51,763 bases of DNA from assembly GCA_043734305.1 (NCBI GenBank), contig JAYTFO010000255.1, positions 1 through 51,763 on the forward strand, in the 5' to 3' direction. Of this stretch, positions 44,179 through 51,763 are shown in pieces (the stretch's first letter is position 1; every line of letters begins with the position of its first letter). Below the pieces are notes generated by a model, which was given only the letters and a program-made list of their open reading frames with translations, was not told the origin of the DNA and searched no databases. The stretch is from Acidobacteriota bacterium (GTDB lineage: Bacteria > Acidobacteriota > Terriglobia > Terriglobales > Acidobacteriaceae). The translations under genes and the position numbers were made by a program.

Positions 44179-45996
44179 ATGGTCGTTCTTCAACACAGAT
44201 TGAACGTGAAACTGTCGCAGCGGCAGATCCTGACTCCAGGACTGGTGCAGATGGTTTCTGTGCTTGCGCTCAATAAACTCGAGCTCAAGGACATGATCAA
44301 CGCGGAGATGGTGGAGAACCCGGTTCTCGAAGAGTTGGAAGACGCCATCCCGTTGCTCGACGATGTTGGACGTCAGGAAGAAGAACGCGACCGTCTTGCC
44401 GCGCAGGCCACCGCGGAAGAGAAACCGGTCGCCGACGAGAAGAAAGATCCCTTCGAAGAAATCGATTTCGGCTCCTTCTTTCAGGACTATCTCGACCCGG
44501 GTTTTCGCAGCCGCGGAGAGATGGAGGAGATCGAAAAGCCTTCGTTCGAAAACTTTCTCTCCAAGCCCGGTAATTTGTCCGACCATCTGCTGTGGCAGTT
44601 GGGGGCGATTTCGGTAAGTTCTCCGGTACACGACGCTGCTGAAGTGATCATCGGCAATCTGAGCGAAGACGGTTACCTGATCGCCAGCGACGAGGAAATG
44701 CTGGGGATCGAGGCGGCCGCCGCGCCCGAGGTCGATGCCCAGACGCAGGCCAAGATTGTTGTGGAAGCGCTGGCGATTGGGATTGATGCGATCGGTGGGG
44801 GCGAAATGGAATCCTCTGCGGCCACGCTAGGGTACGGCGACGGCGACACTGCGGGTCTGATCGAAGACATGTCGGAGGATGGGACCGCTGTCATCGATGA
44901 AGTTGCAGCTCAGGCCGACACCACTCTGTCCGAGGAGGCCGAACTGGCCGGGCAGCCCGAGGAGATACAGCCCACGCTGTCTTCGTCTGCGCCTTCGGTG
45001 CAGATTTCTCCATCTACTCCTGCCAATTTCACGCGGGAAGATTTGCATGAGGCGTTGGAAATTGTTCGCCAGTTCGATCCGCCTGGAATAGGCTGCCGCG
45101 ATTTGCGCGAGTGCCTTCTCTACCAGTTGCGCTACCACCTGACACAGTTGCAGAGTCATCGCAACATGAACGGACATGCCGCCACGGAAGAGGTTCTTAA
45201 TGACGCGATGGCGGTGGTGGATCAACATCTGAAGGCAGTCACGCTCAAACAGTTCAAAGAGATTGGCCGCGCGATCGGGCGGCCGGTGGAAGCGGTTCTC
45301 GCCGCGCTCGAATATGTCCGCACGCTCGATCCTCGCCCCGGACTTCAGCACAACAAGGTGCCCGCGCGCCTGATCGAACCGGATGTGGCTTTCGTCAAGC
45401 ATGGTGACGAGTGGCTGGTTATCATGAACGACGAAGACATGCCCACGCTGCGCCTGAACCCGGCCTACAAGCGGTTGCTGACCAAGGACGGCAACGATCG
45501 CGACACGCGCAACTACGTCAAAGAACGCTACAAGTCGGCCATTCAGTTGATCAAGAACATCGAGCAGCGCAAGCAGACGATTATGAAAGTTTGCTATTCC
45601 ATCGTCGCGCGCCAGCAGGATTTCCTCGAACTTGGCATCGATCAACTCAAGCCCATGATGATCAAAGAAGTGGCCGAGGAAATCGGTGTGCATCCGTCGA
45701 CGGTCAGCCGGGCGGTGGCCAGCAAATATGCGCACACTCCGCAAGGCGTGTTCGAATTGCGCTATTTCTTTTCGGAAAGCGTCCAGGGCCCGGAAGGCGG
45801 CAACACTTCGCTGCTGATTCTCAAGCGCCGCGTGAAGAAATTGATTGAAGAGGAAGATCCCAGTCGTCCCTTGACGGACGAGCAGATCACGCGCATTCTG
45901 CAATCGCAAGGCATCCAGGTCACGCGCCGCACGGTCGCAAAATATCGGGAAGACATGAAGATTCCAAGCACGCATCAAAGAAGGGTTAAGAAATAG
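44179..45996 (+). CDS. rpoN: RNA polymerase sigma-54 factor
   Basis: Region I (LKLSQRQILTPGLVQMVSVLALNKLEL), long acidic region II, HTH and RpoN box (ARRTVAKYRE). Confidence 0.96.
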   Translation: MVVLQHRLNVKLSQRQILTPGLVQMVSVLALNKLELKDMINAEMVENPVLEELEDAIPLLDDVGRQEEERDRLAAQATAEEKPVADEKKDPFEEIDFGSFFQDYLDPGFRSRGEMEEIEKPSFENFLSKPGNLSDHLLWQLGAISVSSPVHDAAEVIIGNLSEDGYLIASDEEMLGIEAAAAPEVDAQTQAKIVVEALAIGIDAIGGGEMESSAATLGYGDGDTAGLIEDMSEDGTAVIDEVAAQADTTLSEEAELAGQPEEIQPTLSSSAPSVQISPSTPANFTREDLHEALEIVRQFDPPGIGCRDLRECLLYQLRYHLTQLQSHRNMNGHAATEEVLNDAMAVVDQHLKAVTLKQFKEIGRAIGRPVEAVLAALEYVRTLDPRPGLQHNKVPARLIEPDVAFVKHGDEWLVIMNDEDMPTLRLNPAYKRLLTKDGNDRDTRNYVKERYKSAIQLIKNIEQRKQTIMKVCYSIVARQQDFLELGIDQLKPMMIKEVAEEIGVHPSTVSRAVASKYAHTPQGVFELRYFFSESVQGPEGGNTSLLILKRRVKKLIEEEDPSRPLTDEQITRILQSQGIQVTRRTVAKYREDMKIPSTHQRRVKK

Positions 45997-46082
45997 GTCA
46001 GAGGTGAGAGGTCTGATTGCAGAGGTAACACCTTAAGGTTTTTACCTCTGCAATCTGACCTCTGACCTTTCACCTCTCACCT
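45996..46082. repeat. Word-hairpin element, CAGAGGT family
   Basis: ggtcagaggtgagaggtctgattgcagaggtaa ... ttacctctgcaatctgacctctgacctttcacctctcacct. Begins at the last base of the rpoN stop and ends at the hpf SD. Confidence 0.9.
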
Positions 46083-46094
46083 GGAGGTTGCTCG

Positions 46095-46694
46095 ATGAAC
46101 GTCGAATACACTGGCCGGCACTACGAAATCACTCCCATCATCCGCAAAGAAGTTGAAACTGGACTCCACAAGATCCGTAAAATTCTGGGCGACCGTTTCG
46201 ACACCAACGTTGTTCTGGCGGTCGAGAAGCGCCGTCACAAAGTCGAGATCACGATCAGCCTGCGCAATGGGCCGATTGTCGGTCTGGCGCAGGCCACCGA
46301 CATGCCTTCGGCCGTGAACGAAGCCCTCGATCATCTGCACAAGCAGGCTCTGAAGTACAAAACCAAATGGCTCAGCAAGAAGCGCAAGGCGGGCAAGAAA
46401 TTCGACGGCGAAGCCGCGCAGAATCAAGACAGTATTGAGGCGGCCGTTGGATTGACCGAGAGTGCAGCCGTTTCTGTCACCGTCCACAAATTCCCAGCCG
46501 TGGCCAAAACCACGGAAGTCCACCTCTCGCACGCGAAGGACTCGGTCGCCCTCCGTCCCATGACGCTCGAAGAAGCGATCAAAGAGGCCCACTTCCGCGA
46601 CCGCGATGTGTTCGTATTCCGCGATCCGAAAGGGAAAGTGATGATCCTGCATCGCACGCGGGAAGGAAAGATGGAATTGATCGAAGCACCGTAA
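46095..46694 (+). CDS. hpf: Ribosome hibernation-promoting factor (long HPF)
   Basis: N-terminal RaiA/HPF fold pattern (MNVEYTGRHYEITPIIRKEVE...) plus the C-terminal dimerisation domain (PMTLEEAIKEAHFRDRDVFVFRDPKGKVMILHR). Confidence 0.9.
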   Translation: MNVEYTGRHYEITPIIRKEVETGLHKIRKILGDRFDTNVVLAVEKRRHKVEITISLRNGPIVGLAQATDMPSAVNEALDHLHKQALKYKTKWLSKKRKAGKKFDGEAAQNQDSIEAAVGLTESAAVSVTVHKFPAVAKTTEVHLSHAKDSVALRPMTLEEAIKEAHFRDRDVFVFRDPKGKVMILHRTREGKMELIEAP

Positions 46695-46697
46695 GGG

Positions 46698-46800
46698 CAG
46701 CATTCAGCACTCAGCACTCAGCATTCAGCATTCAGAAATTAGCATATGACCCCGCCCTGTGGGGATTCGGCTGATTGCTGAATGCTGGGTGCTGAGTGCT
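46698..46800. repeat. Word-hairpin element, GCATTCA/GCACTCA family
   Basis: gcagcattcagcactcagcactcagcattcagcattcag ... ctgattgctgaatgctgggtgctgagtgct. Confidence 0.88.
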
Positions 46801-46803
46801 ACC

Positions 46804-46840
46804 CTCTCACCTCTGCAATCTGACCTCTCACCTCTGACCT
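46804..46840. repeat. Solo arm of the CAGAGGT family (reverse orientation)
   Basis: ctctcacctctgcaatctgacctctcacctctgacct, with no partner arm. Abuts the previous element. Confidence 0.75.
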
Positions 46841-46850
46841 TGCTCTCTCC

Positions 46851-48239
46851 CTACATTCCTCGAATCGATTGCTCCGCCCACTGCACACCGCTCCACCAGA
46901 GGTCGGCGACTTCCTCGCTGGGAAGGCGCAGTTGTTCCGCCAATATGCCGGACTGCTCCCACTCACCTGATTCCTGCGCCAGCATAATCTGATAAATGGG
47001 TCGCAGGGTGCCGGCTTGGCCGAGGAGAGCGGCTTTGATTTCCTTGTCGACGGGAATCTGGTCCAGCACCATCTCCATGTGAACCTCCAGGATGGCGTCC
47101 ATGACTGACAAAAGCCCCATCAGGAACAGATCACTTTTCGATTTCAACCGCACGGCGAGTAACTCGCAGAAACGCGCCCGCGCCAGGGCCGTGAGTACCA
47201 GTTCGCTGCAGCTTTGCTCGGCCGCGCTCACCGCAACGACCAGCCGGATCCAGCGCCGCAATTCACGCTCGCCGAGAATCGCCATGGCGTGCCGAATCGA
47301 TTTGATTTCGAGTGAAAAACCGAACAGCGGCGAGTTCAGATAGCGCAGCAGACGATAGCAGATCGCCGTTTCCTGTTTGAGGGTTTTCTCCAGCTCGTTC
47401 ATGTCCAGATCGAGGCGGCAGACCATTTCCAGTAAACACATATAGTGAATCTTGCTGGCGGGGACTTCGCGCGCGATCATGATTTCCGGGCGGCGAAAGA
47501 AGTAGCCTTGAAAAAGCGTGAACCCCATATCCCGCGCCTGCCGGAACTCGTGCGGCGTTTCCAGTTTTTCAGCCAGCATCTTGCGCCCAGTTCCGAAGCG
47601 GCGCATCAGCCCGGCGCGCTCCTCGATTCTGGTCGCGCGGAAATCGATCTTCAGGATATCCGCAAATTCGCACATGGACGCGCGCGGATCGTTGGGAGCG
47701 AAGTCGTCCAGTGCGATCAGGTATCCCGCTGCTTTGAGTCGCTTGCAGGCCGCAATCACCAGATCGCCGGGTTCCACTGTCTCCAGGACTTCGACGACAG
47801 TCTGAGCCGGGGGCAGCAGAGTCACCAGGTCCTTCAGCAGCGTATCGCGTGTGCAATTGACGAAGGCCAGGCGTCCGTCGCAGAGCGTGTTCAGTCCGAA
47901 TAGCAGAGTACTATCCAGGGTGCTGCGCGAGGCGGTCTCCGCCTCCCCTGAGAAACAGTTTTCCAGCCCGTCGCGGAACAGAAGTTCGTAGCCGTACACT
48001 TTTTGGGTGCGATCGAAGATGGGCTGGCGCGCGACGAAGCGCTGACCGGGAAGTGGGACCGCTTTAGTGTCGGACGTGGGGCCTTCGACAGCTACGGGTT
48101 TCACTCCTGTTACATCGGCGAAAGAAGGTTGAACTTCAGTGCAGCCCGCCTGGTGTGGGTCGCTGAATCGAGAGGAGTTGTGAGAGAGCGTTTTTCGGAT
48201 GACGTTCGGGTTGCGTCGAGTCGCCGAGTCGCATATCAT
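46851..48239 (-). CDS. EAL-like plus HDOD domain signalling protein (YuxH-like)
   Basis: FVARQPIFDRTQKVYGYELLFR EAL-type start (ELL variant), ...DDF..., then a C-terminal HDOD-like region (ELEKTLKQETAICYRLLRYLNSPLF). Confidence 0.82.
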   Translation of the reverse strand: MICDSATRRNPNVIRKTLSHNSSRFSDPHQAGCTEVQPSFADVTGVKPVAVEGPTSDTKAVPLPGQRFVARQPIFDRTQKVYGYELLFRDGLENCFSGEAETASRSTLDSTLLFGLNTLCDGRLAFVNCTRDTLLKDLVTLLPPAQTVVEVLETVEPGDLVIAACKRLKAAGYLIALDDFAPNDPRASMCEFADILKIDFRATRIEERAGLMRRFGTGRKMLAEKLETPHEFRQARDMGFTLFQGYFFRRPEIMIAREVPASKIHYMCLLEMVCRLDLDMNELEKTLKQETAICYRLLRYLNSPLFGFSLEIKSIRHAMAILGERELRRWIRLVVAVSAAEQSCSELVLTALARARFCELLAVRLKSKSDLFLMGLLSVMDAILEVHMEMVLDQIPVDKEIKAALLGQAGTLRPIYQIMLAQESGEWEQSGILAEQLRLPSEEVADLWWSGVQWAEQSIRGM

Positions 48240-48333
48240 CCGCCCGTTGGATCCGTTCTAAAATAGTCAGCGAACAGTTCGAGTGGCCGCATGCGGCCGT
48301 CCTGCAACTCCCATCACAGAAAGGAATATCACT

Positions 48334-49197
48334 ATGCGTTGGACACCTGGCGGGCGCAGCGAGGACCTGGAAGATCGTCGCGACGAAAGCGGCGGGAGCG
48401 GTGGTGGTGGCTTTAACTTTGGCGGGATGCACATCGGGATTGGCGGTTTCCTGATCCTGCTGGTGTTAAGCCTGGTTTTCAAACGCAATTTTCTTTCGCT
48501 GGTAGGGGGCGGTAGCGTCGGCAGCCCCATGCAGACGAGCCAGCCGGATGCGGCGCGTGACCAGAGTGAAGAACCTTTGGTTCAATTCGTCTCGTTCGTG
48601 CTCGACGACACCCAAAAAACCTGGACCCAGATTCTGAGCCGTGAGGGCGTGACCTACCGGCACGCCAAGCTCGTGCTGTTCCGCGACAGCATCGATTCCG
48701 CCTGTGGCATGGCGCAGTCCGCCACCGGCCCGTTCTACTGTCCGGAGGACGAGAAGGTTTACATCGACCTCGGTTTCTACGATGAACTGAAGCAGCGCTT
48801 TGGAGCGCCCGGCGAATTCGCGCAAGCCTATGTGCTGGCCCATGAGATCGGTCATCATATTCAAAAGCTGATGGGCGTCGAGGCAAAAGTGCGTGCCGCT
48901 CAGCAGCGCGACCCGCGCTCCGCGAACCAGCTCTCGGTTCGACTGGAGTTGCAGGCGGATTGCTTCGCCGGCGTCTGGGGATACTCCACCAGCCAGCGTA
49001 ATCTGCTGGCAGCGGGAGAGGTCCAGCAAGGTTTGAATGCGGCGGGAGCGGTCGGAGACGATCGGTTGCAGCGAATGTCGACCGGACACGTGAATCCCGA
49101 TTCGTTCACACACGGCTCCTCGCAACAGCGCATGGACTGGTTTCAGAAGGGATTCAGCAGCGGAGATTTGAAAGCCTGCAACACTTTTGCCCAGTGA
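48334..49197 (+). CDS. Neutral zinc metallopeptidase (YpfJ family)
   Basis: MRWTPGGRSEDLEDRR..., Gly-rich segment, TM segment, HEIGHH zinc motif. Start moved to ATG 48334. Confidence 0.86.
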   Translation: MRWTPGGRSEDLEDRRDESGGSGGGGFNFGGMHIGIGGFLILLVLSLVFKRNFLSLVGGGSVGSPMQTSQPDAARDQSEEPLVQFVSFVLDDTQKTWTQILSREGVTYRHAKLVLFRDSIDSACGMAQSATGPFYCPEDEKVYIDLGFYDELKQRFGAPGEFAQAYVLAHEIGHHIQKLMGVEAKVRAAQQRDPRSANQLSVRLELQADCFAGVWGYSTSQRNLLAAGEVQQGLNAAGAVGDDRLQRMSTGHVNPDSFTHGSSQQRMDWFQKGFSSGDLKACNTFAQ

Positions 49198-49521
49198 AGC
49201 AGGGAATGCCGGACATTACCAACGAGTGCCGTCTGTGCAAAACTTAGAGGCATTACCCCTTGCGCAGCGGGCGCTTTCATGAGTACCATCAAGAGGTTCC
49301 CTGCGGCCACGTTCCTAGGCTGGCCCTTCGCGCACCAACTCCAAGGCGCCAAGACGGTTTGAACATCGTTCTCGACAGCAACCCAGTGTTTTGCGAGGTG
49401 CTCTGCCGGAAGTCAAGGCAAAGTAACCTGCGCGGACGGCGTGCCACAAACCGGGGAAGACAAAAACAATCAGGTCTGGTCACCAGGCTTGGATTTGAAT
49501 AAAGAAAAACAAGAGAAAAAC

Positions 49522-50190
49522 ATGAATGCAGCAGGACCGCGAAATCCCTCCGGAGGCGGAGGGAAGAACAAACGGCGCCGAGGACGGCGTCCGCCTAAAC
49601 GAGGCCCCGGAGGCCCGCCCGCAGGTCCGATGGGCCGCGACCGCCAGCAGCATCAGGGCATCTACACCGCTCCCATGGATCACAGCTACCGCGCCAACAT
49701 GGGCGGCGACAATGGCAGCCGGGGAGGACCGCGCCGCGCCGGTTTTGGCCCGACCTACACCGCGCCCGATCCCGAACCTCTGCCCGCCCAGCACGCAGAC
49801 GCGGCGTCCCGCATCTTCGCTTTCGTCGAGGACCTGTTCTTCCTTGCCAAGATTCAGGAGACTGGCCGCAAGATGAATGTGAAGGTCGAATTCGTGAAGA
49901 ACGAACAAGACCTCACCGATCGTCTCAGCAGCAACGGCGACGGCAAACCTTCCCTGATTATTTTTGACCTGAACAACGCCAACGCGAAACCTCTGACCCT
50001 GATTCCCAAGCTGAAAAGCAAGCTGAAGAAGGGTACGTCGATCATCGGCTTCCTCTCCCACGTGCAGGGCGACCTGAAGCAGAAAGCTCACGAAGTGGGC
50101 TGCGACATGGTTCTGCCACGCTCCGCATTCTCCCAAAACCTGCCGCAGTTACTACGGCGGCATGGCGCGATTGAGACGGAAACGAATTAA
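49522..50190 (+). CDS. Hypothetical protein: Arg/Gly/Pro-rich disordered N-terminus plus a receiver-like C-terminal domain
   Basis: MNAAGPRNPSGGGGKNKRRRGRRPPKRGPGGPP.... The C-terminus has a CheY-like beta-alpha pattern (IFAFVEDL, SLIIFDLN, IIGFLSH, DMVLPRS) but the conserved Lys is replaced. Start at ATG 49522 is preferred over the track start at 49441. Confidence 0.5.
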   Translation: MNAAGPRNPSGGGGKNKRRRGRRPPKRGPGGPPAGPMGRDRQQHQGIYTAPMDHSYRANMGGDNGSRGGPRRAGFGPTYTAPDPEPLPAQHADAASRIFAFVEDLFFLAKIQETGRKMNVKVEFVKNEQDLTDRLSSNGDGKPSLIIFDLNNANAKPLTLIPKLKSKLKKGTSIIGFLSHVQGDLKQKAHEVGCDMVLPRSAFSQNLPQLLRRHGAIETETN

Positions 50191-50195
50191 GAACG

Positions 50196-50271
50196 GTTCT
50201 CAGTTCCCGGTTCTCAGTAAGCACCCGACTCCACGTGTTCTGGGGTTTACTGAGAACCGGGAACTGAGAAC
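50196..50271. repeat. Word-hairpin element, CTGAGAA family
   Basis: gttctcagttcccggttctcagt ... actgagaaccgggaactgagaac. Starts 6 nt after the stop at 50190 and is followed by tgtttct. Confidence 0.9.
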
Positions 50272-50295
50272 TGTTTCTGCTGGTACAATTTCGCC

Positions 50296-51009
50296 GTGTT
50301 CCCTCGAAAACTTTTTCTATTCGCGAGCTTGTCCGTTGCGGTGTTGTGTTATTCCCAACAGCCTCCGGTGAAGGTCAACGTGATCAACGTGTGTACGCCG
50401 TCTGCTGACGAGCAGAAGGAGTTGTCGTCGGCGTTGGCCAAGGTACCCGGGAAACTCACGTTCGCCAGCGACTACGAAGTGGCTCGCGGGCACTCCACAC
50501 TTGATGACAGCACTGCGATTCCCGGCATGCAGCCCATGCCAGCCGGCACTTCCTCCAGCGCCGATTGGGTGCGTGTCCGGCGCGAATTTCCCACAGCTGC
50601 TCCTTTCCTCAATGCTCAGTATTCGTTCAGCGTGGATGAGAAGAACATGATCGAGACCTTGGTGCTGCGGGTGCGCGAACCCAAGGACCTGATGCAGATC
50701 TCGATCGAGGACAACGCTTCCGCGATTGTGTCGCCCGCCGCTATGCTGAACTCCAACACGCCGGTTTCGCGCGTCAAGCTCGAACGCTTTGGAAAGCCTT
50801 CGGTGGTTCTGGCGCGTTGCTCGGGCACCGAAGGCCCGGCGGTCGACCAGACTGCGTACGAACCAATTTTCAAAAATGCTTCCTCTCTGATGGGCCGCTA
50901 CCGCGATGCGCTCGGAGCGCGCCGGATGGTTCCGCAGGAACTGGCGCGCCTGGGTTGGGGTACGACCACGACCGCCAAGGCGCACCCTGCCACGAAGAAG
51001 AGCCCGTAA
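50296..51009 (+). CDS. Hypothetical secreted protein (237 aa)
   Basis: GTG start; signal peptide MFPRKLFLFASLSVAVLCYSQQ; no motif recognised. Confidence 0.5.
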   Translation: MFPRKLFLFASLSVAVLCYSQQPPVKVNVINVCTPSADEQKELSSALAKVPGKLTFASDYEVARGHSTLDDSTAIPGMQPMPAGTSSSADWVRVRREFPTAAPFLNAQYSFSVDEKNMIETLVLRVREPKDLMQISIEDNASAIVSPAAMLNSNTPVSRVKLERFGKPSVVLARCSGTEGPAVDQTAYEPIFKNASSLMGRYRDALGARRMVPQELARLGWGTTTTAKAHPATKKSP

Positions 51010-51074
51010 TCGGTGGGTAATATCGCGCGGTCTGCAACTAAATTGTTTTTACCGAATCCAATAGAACGACCACT

Positions 51075-51763
51075 ATGGATATTCGTAATGTTGTCATCAT
51101 CGGCTCGGGATGCGCGGGCCACACCGCCGCGCTCTACTCCGCGCGCGCGAACCTCAAGCCTCTGGTGATCGAAGGCCATGAACCGGGCGGACAGCTTTCG
51201 CTCACTACGCTGGTGGAAAATTTTCCCGGTTTTCCGGAAGGTATCCAGGGCCCGGAACTGATCGAGAACATGCGCAAACAGGCGGCACGTTTTGGCGCCG
51301 AGTACCGAATTGGGCACGTCGTGAAGGCGGACCTGAGCAAGCGTCCCTTCGAATTGAGTCTCGGCAAAGAAACAATTCACACGCGTACGCTGATCATTGC
51401 CAGCGGCGCGTCGGCACGCTGGCTGGGATTGCCCAACGAGCAGGCTCTGATCGGGCACGGCGTTTCTTCCTGCGCCACGTGCGACGGATTCTTCTTCAGC
51501 GGCAAGGAAATCGCCGTCATCGGCGGCGGCGACTCCGCCATGGAAGAGGCGACGTTTCTGACGCGTTTTGCCAGCAAGGTCACGCTCATCCATCGCCGAG
51601 AGGAATTCCGCGCCTCGAAGATCATGCTGGACCGGGCGCGCGCGAATCCAAAGATCGTTTTTATGACCGACACCGTGGTCGACGACGTCCTTGACGTCAG
51701 TAAGCAGGAAGTGACCGCCCTGAAGTTACGCAATCTGAAAAGCGGCGAGAGTTGGGATTTCCC
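51075..51763 (+). CDS. trxB: Thioredoxin-disulfide reductase (3' end beyond the window)
   Basis: Own translation from ATG 51075: MDIRNVVIIGSGCAGHTAALYSARANL..., redox centre CATCDG, second GGGDSAMEEA dinucleotide motif. No stop in the window, so it is absent from the ORF track. Confidence 0.92.
   Translation, partial: MDIRNVVIIGSGCAGHTAALYSARANLKPLVIEGHEPGGQLSLTTLVENFPGFPEGIQGPELIENMRKQAARFGAEYRIGHVVKADLSKRPFELSLGKETIHTRTLIIASGASARWLGLPNEQALIGHGVSSCATCDGFFFSGKEIAVIGGGDSAMEEATFLTRFASKVTLIHRREEFRASKIMLDRARANPKIVFMTDTVVDDVLDVSKQEVTALKLRNLKSGESWDF

Noticed and set aside
46698-46840. Tandem short repeats considered as a CRISPR array
   Set aside because: The repeat unit is 7 nt with no spacers, the arms are inverted copies of each other, and there are no cas genes. 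This is not CRISPR.

Overview
High-GC (about 60%) bacterial chromosomal segment. It is probably from an Acidobacteriota-like soil organism; this is inferred from gene content, a GloVer-repeat protein and the repeat types, and was not verified by any search. Most of the window is housekeeping: cysS, pgsA, recX, alaS, ubiX, fpr, ilvC, ilvD, sppA, recJ, an lptC/A-lptB-rpoN-hpf cluster, and trxB. Accessory modules are interspersed. (1) A long same-strand cluster at 11.8-3.3 kb on the minus strand: tiny TM protein, SPFH/band-7 protein, secreted 450-aa protein, family-5 SBP-like protein, HAMP histidine kinase, sigma-54 enhancer-binding response regulator and TonB-C proteins, preceded by a candidate sigma-54 promoter. 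(2) Two type II toxin-antitoxin pairs: Phd/VapC at 17.8-18.4 kb and HigBA at 25.1-25.6 kb. (3) A lower-GC type II restriction-modification islet at 27.2-29.3 kb. (4) Cyclic-nucleotide and c-di-GMP related signalling genes (cNMP-DUF1003, HDOD, EAL-HDOD). No rRNA, tRNA, CRISPR array, transposase or integrase was recognised. The most unusual features are non-coding. First, nearly every intergenic gap holds a hairpin element whose arms are tandem 7-nt words; there are at least 8 different word families with one shared architecture. Second, other palindromic repeat families are present, one of them embedded in frame inside recJ. Third, a 780-bp gene-free gap (22.15-22.92 kb) contains an apparently autonomous ~300-nt transcription unit (promoter, strong SD with an 18-codon ORF, perfect intrinsic terminator) bracketed by a 19-bp perfect direct repeat. 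All functional calls rest on reading motifs in the translated ORFs from memory of protein families; no database search was possible.
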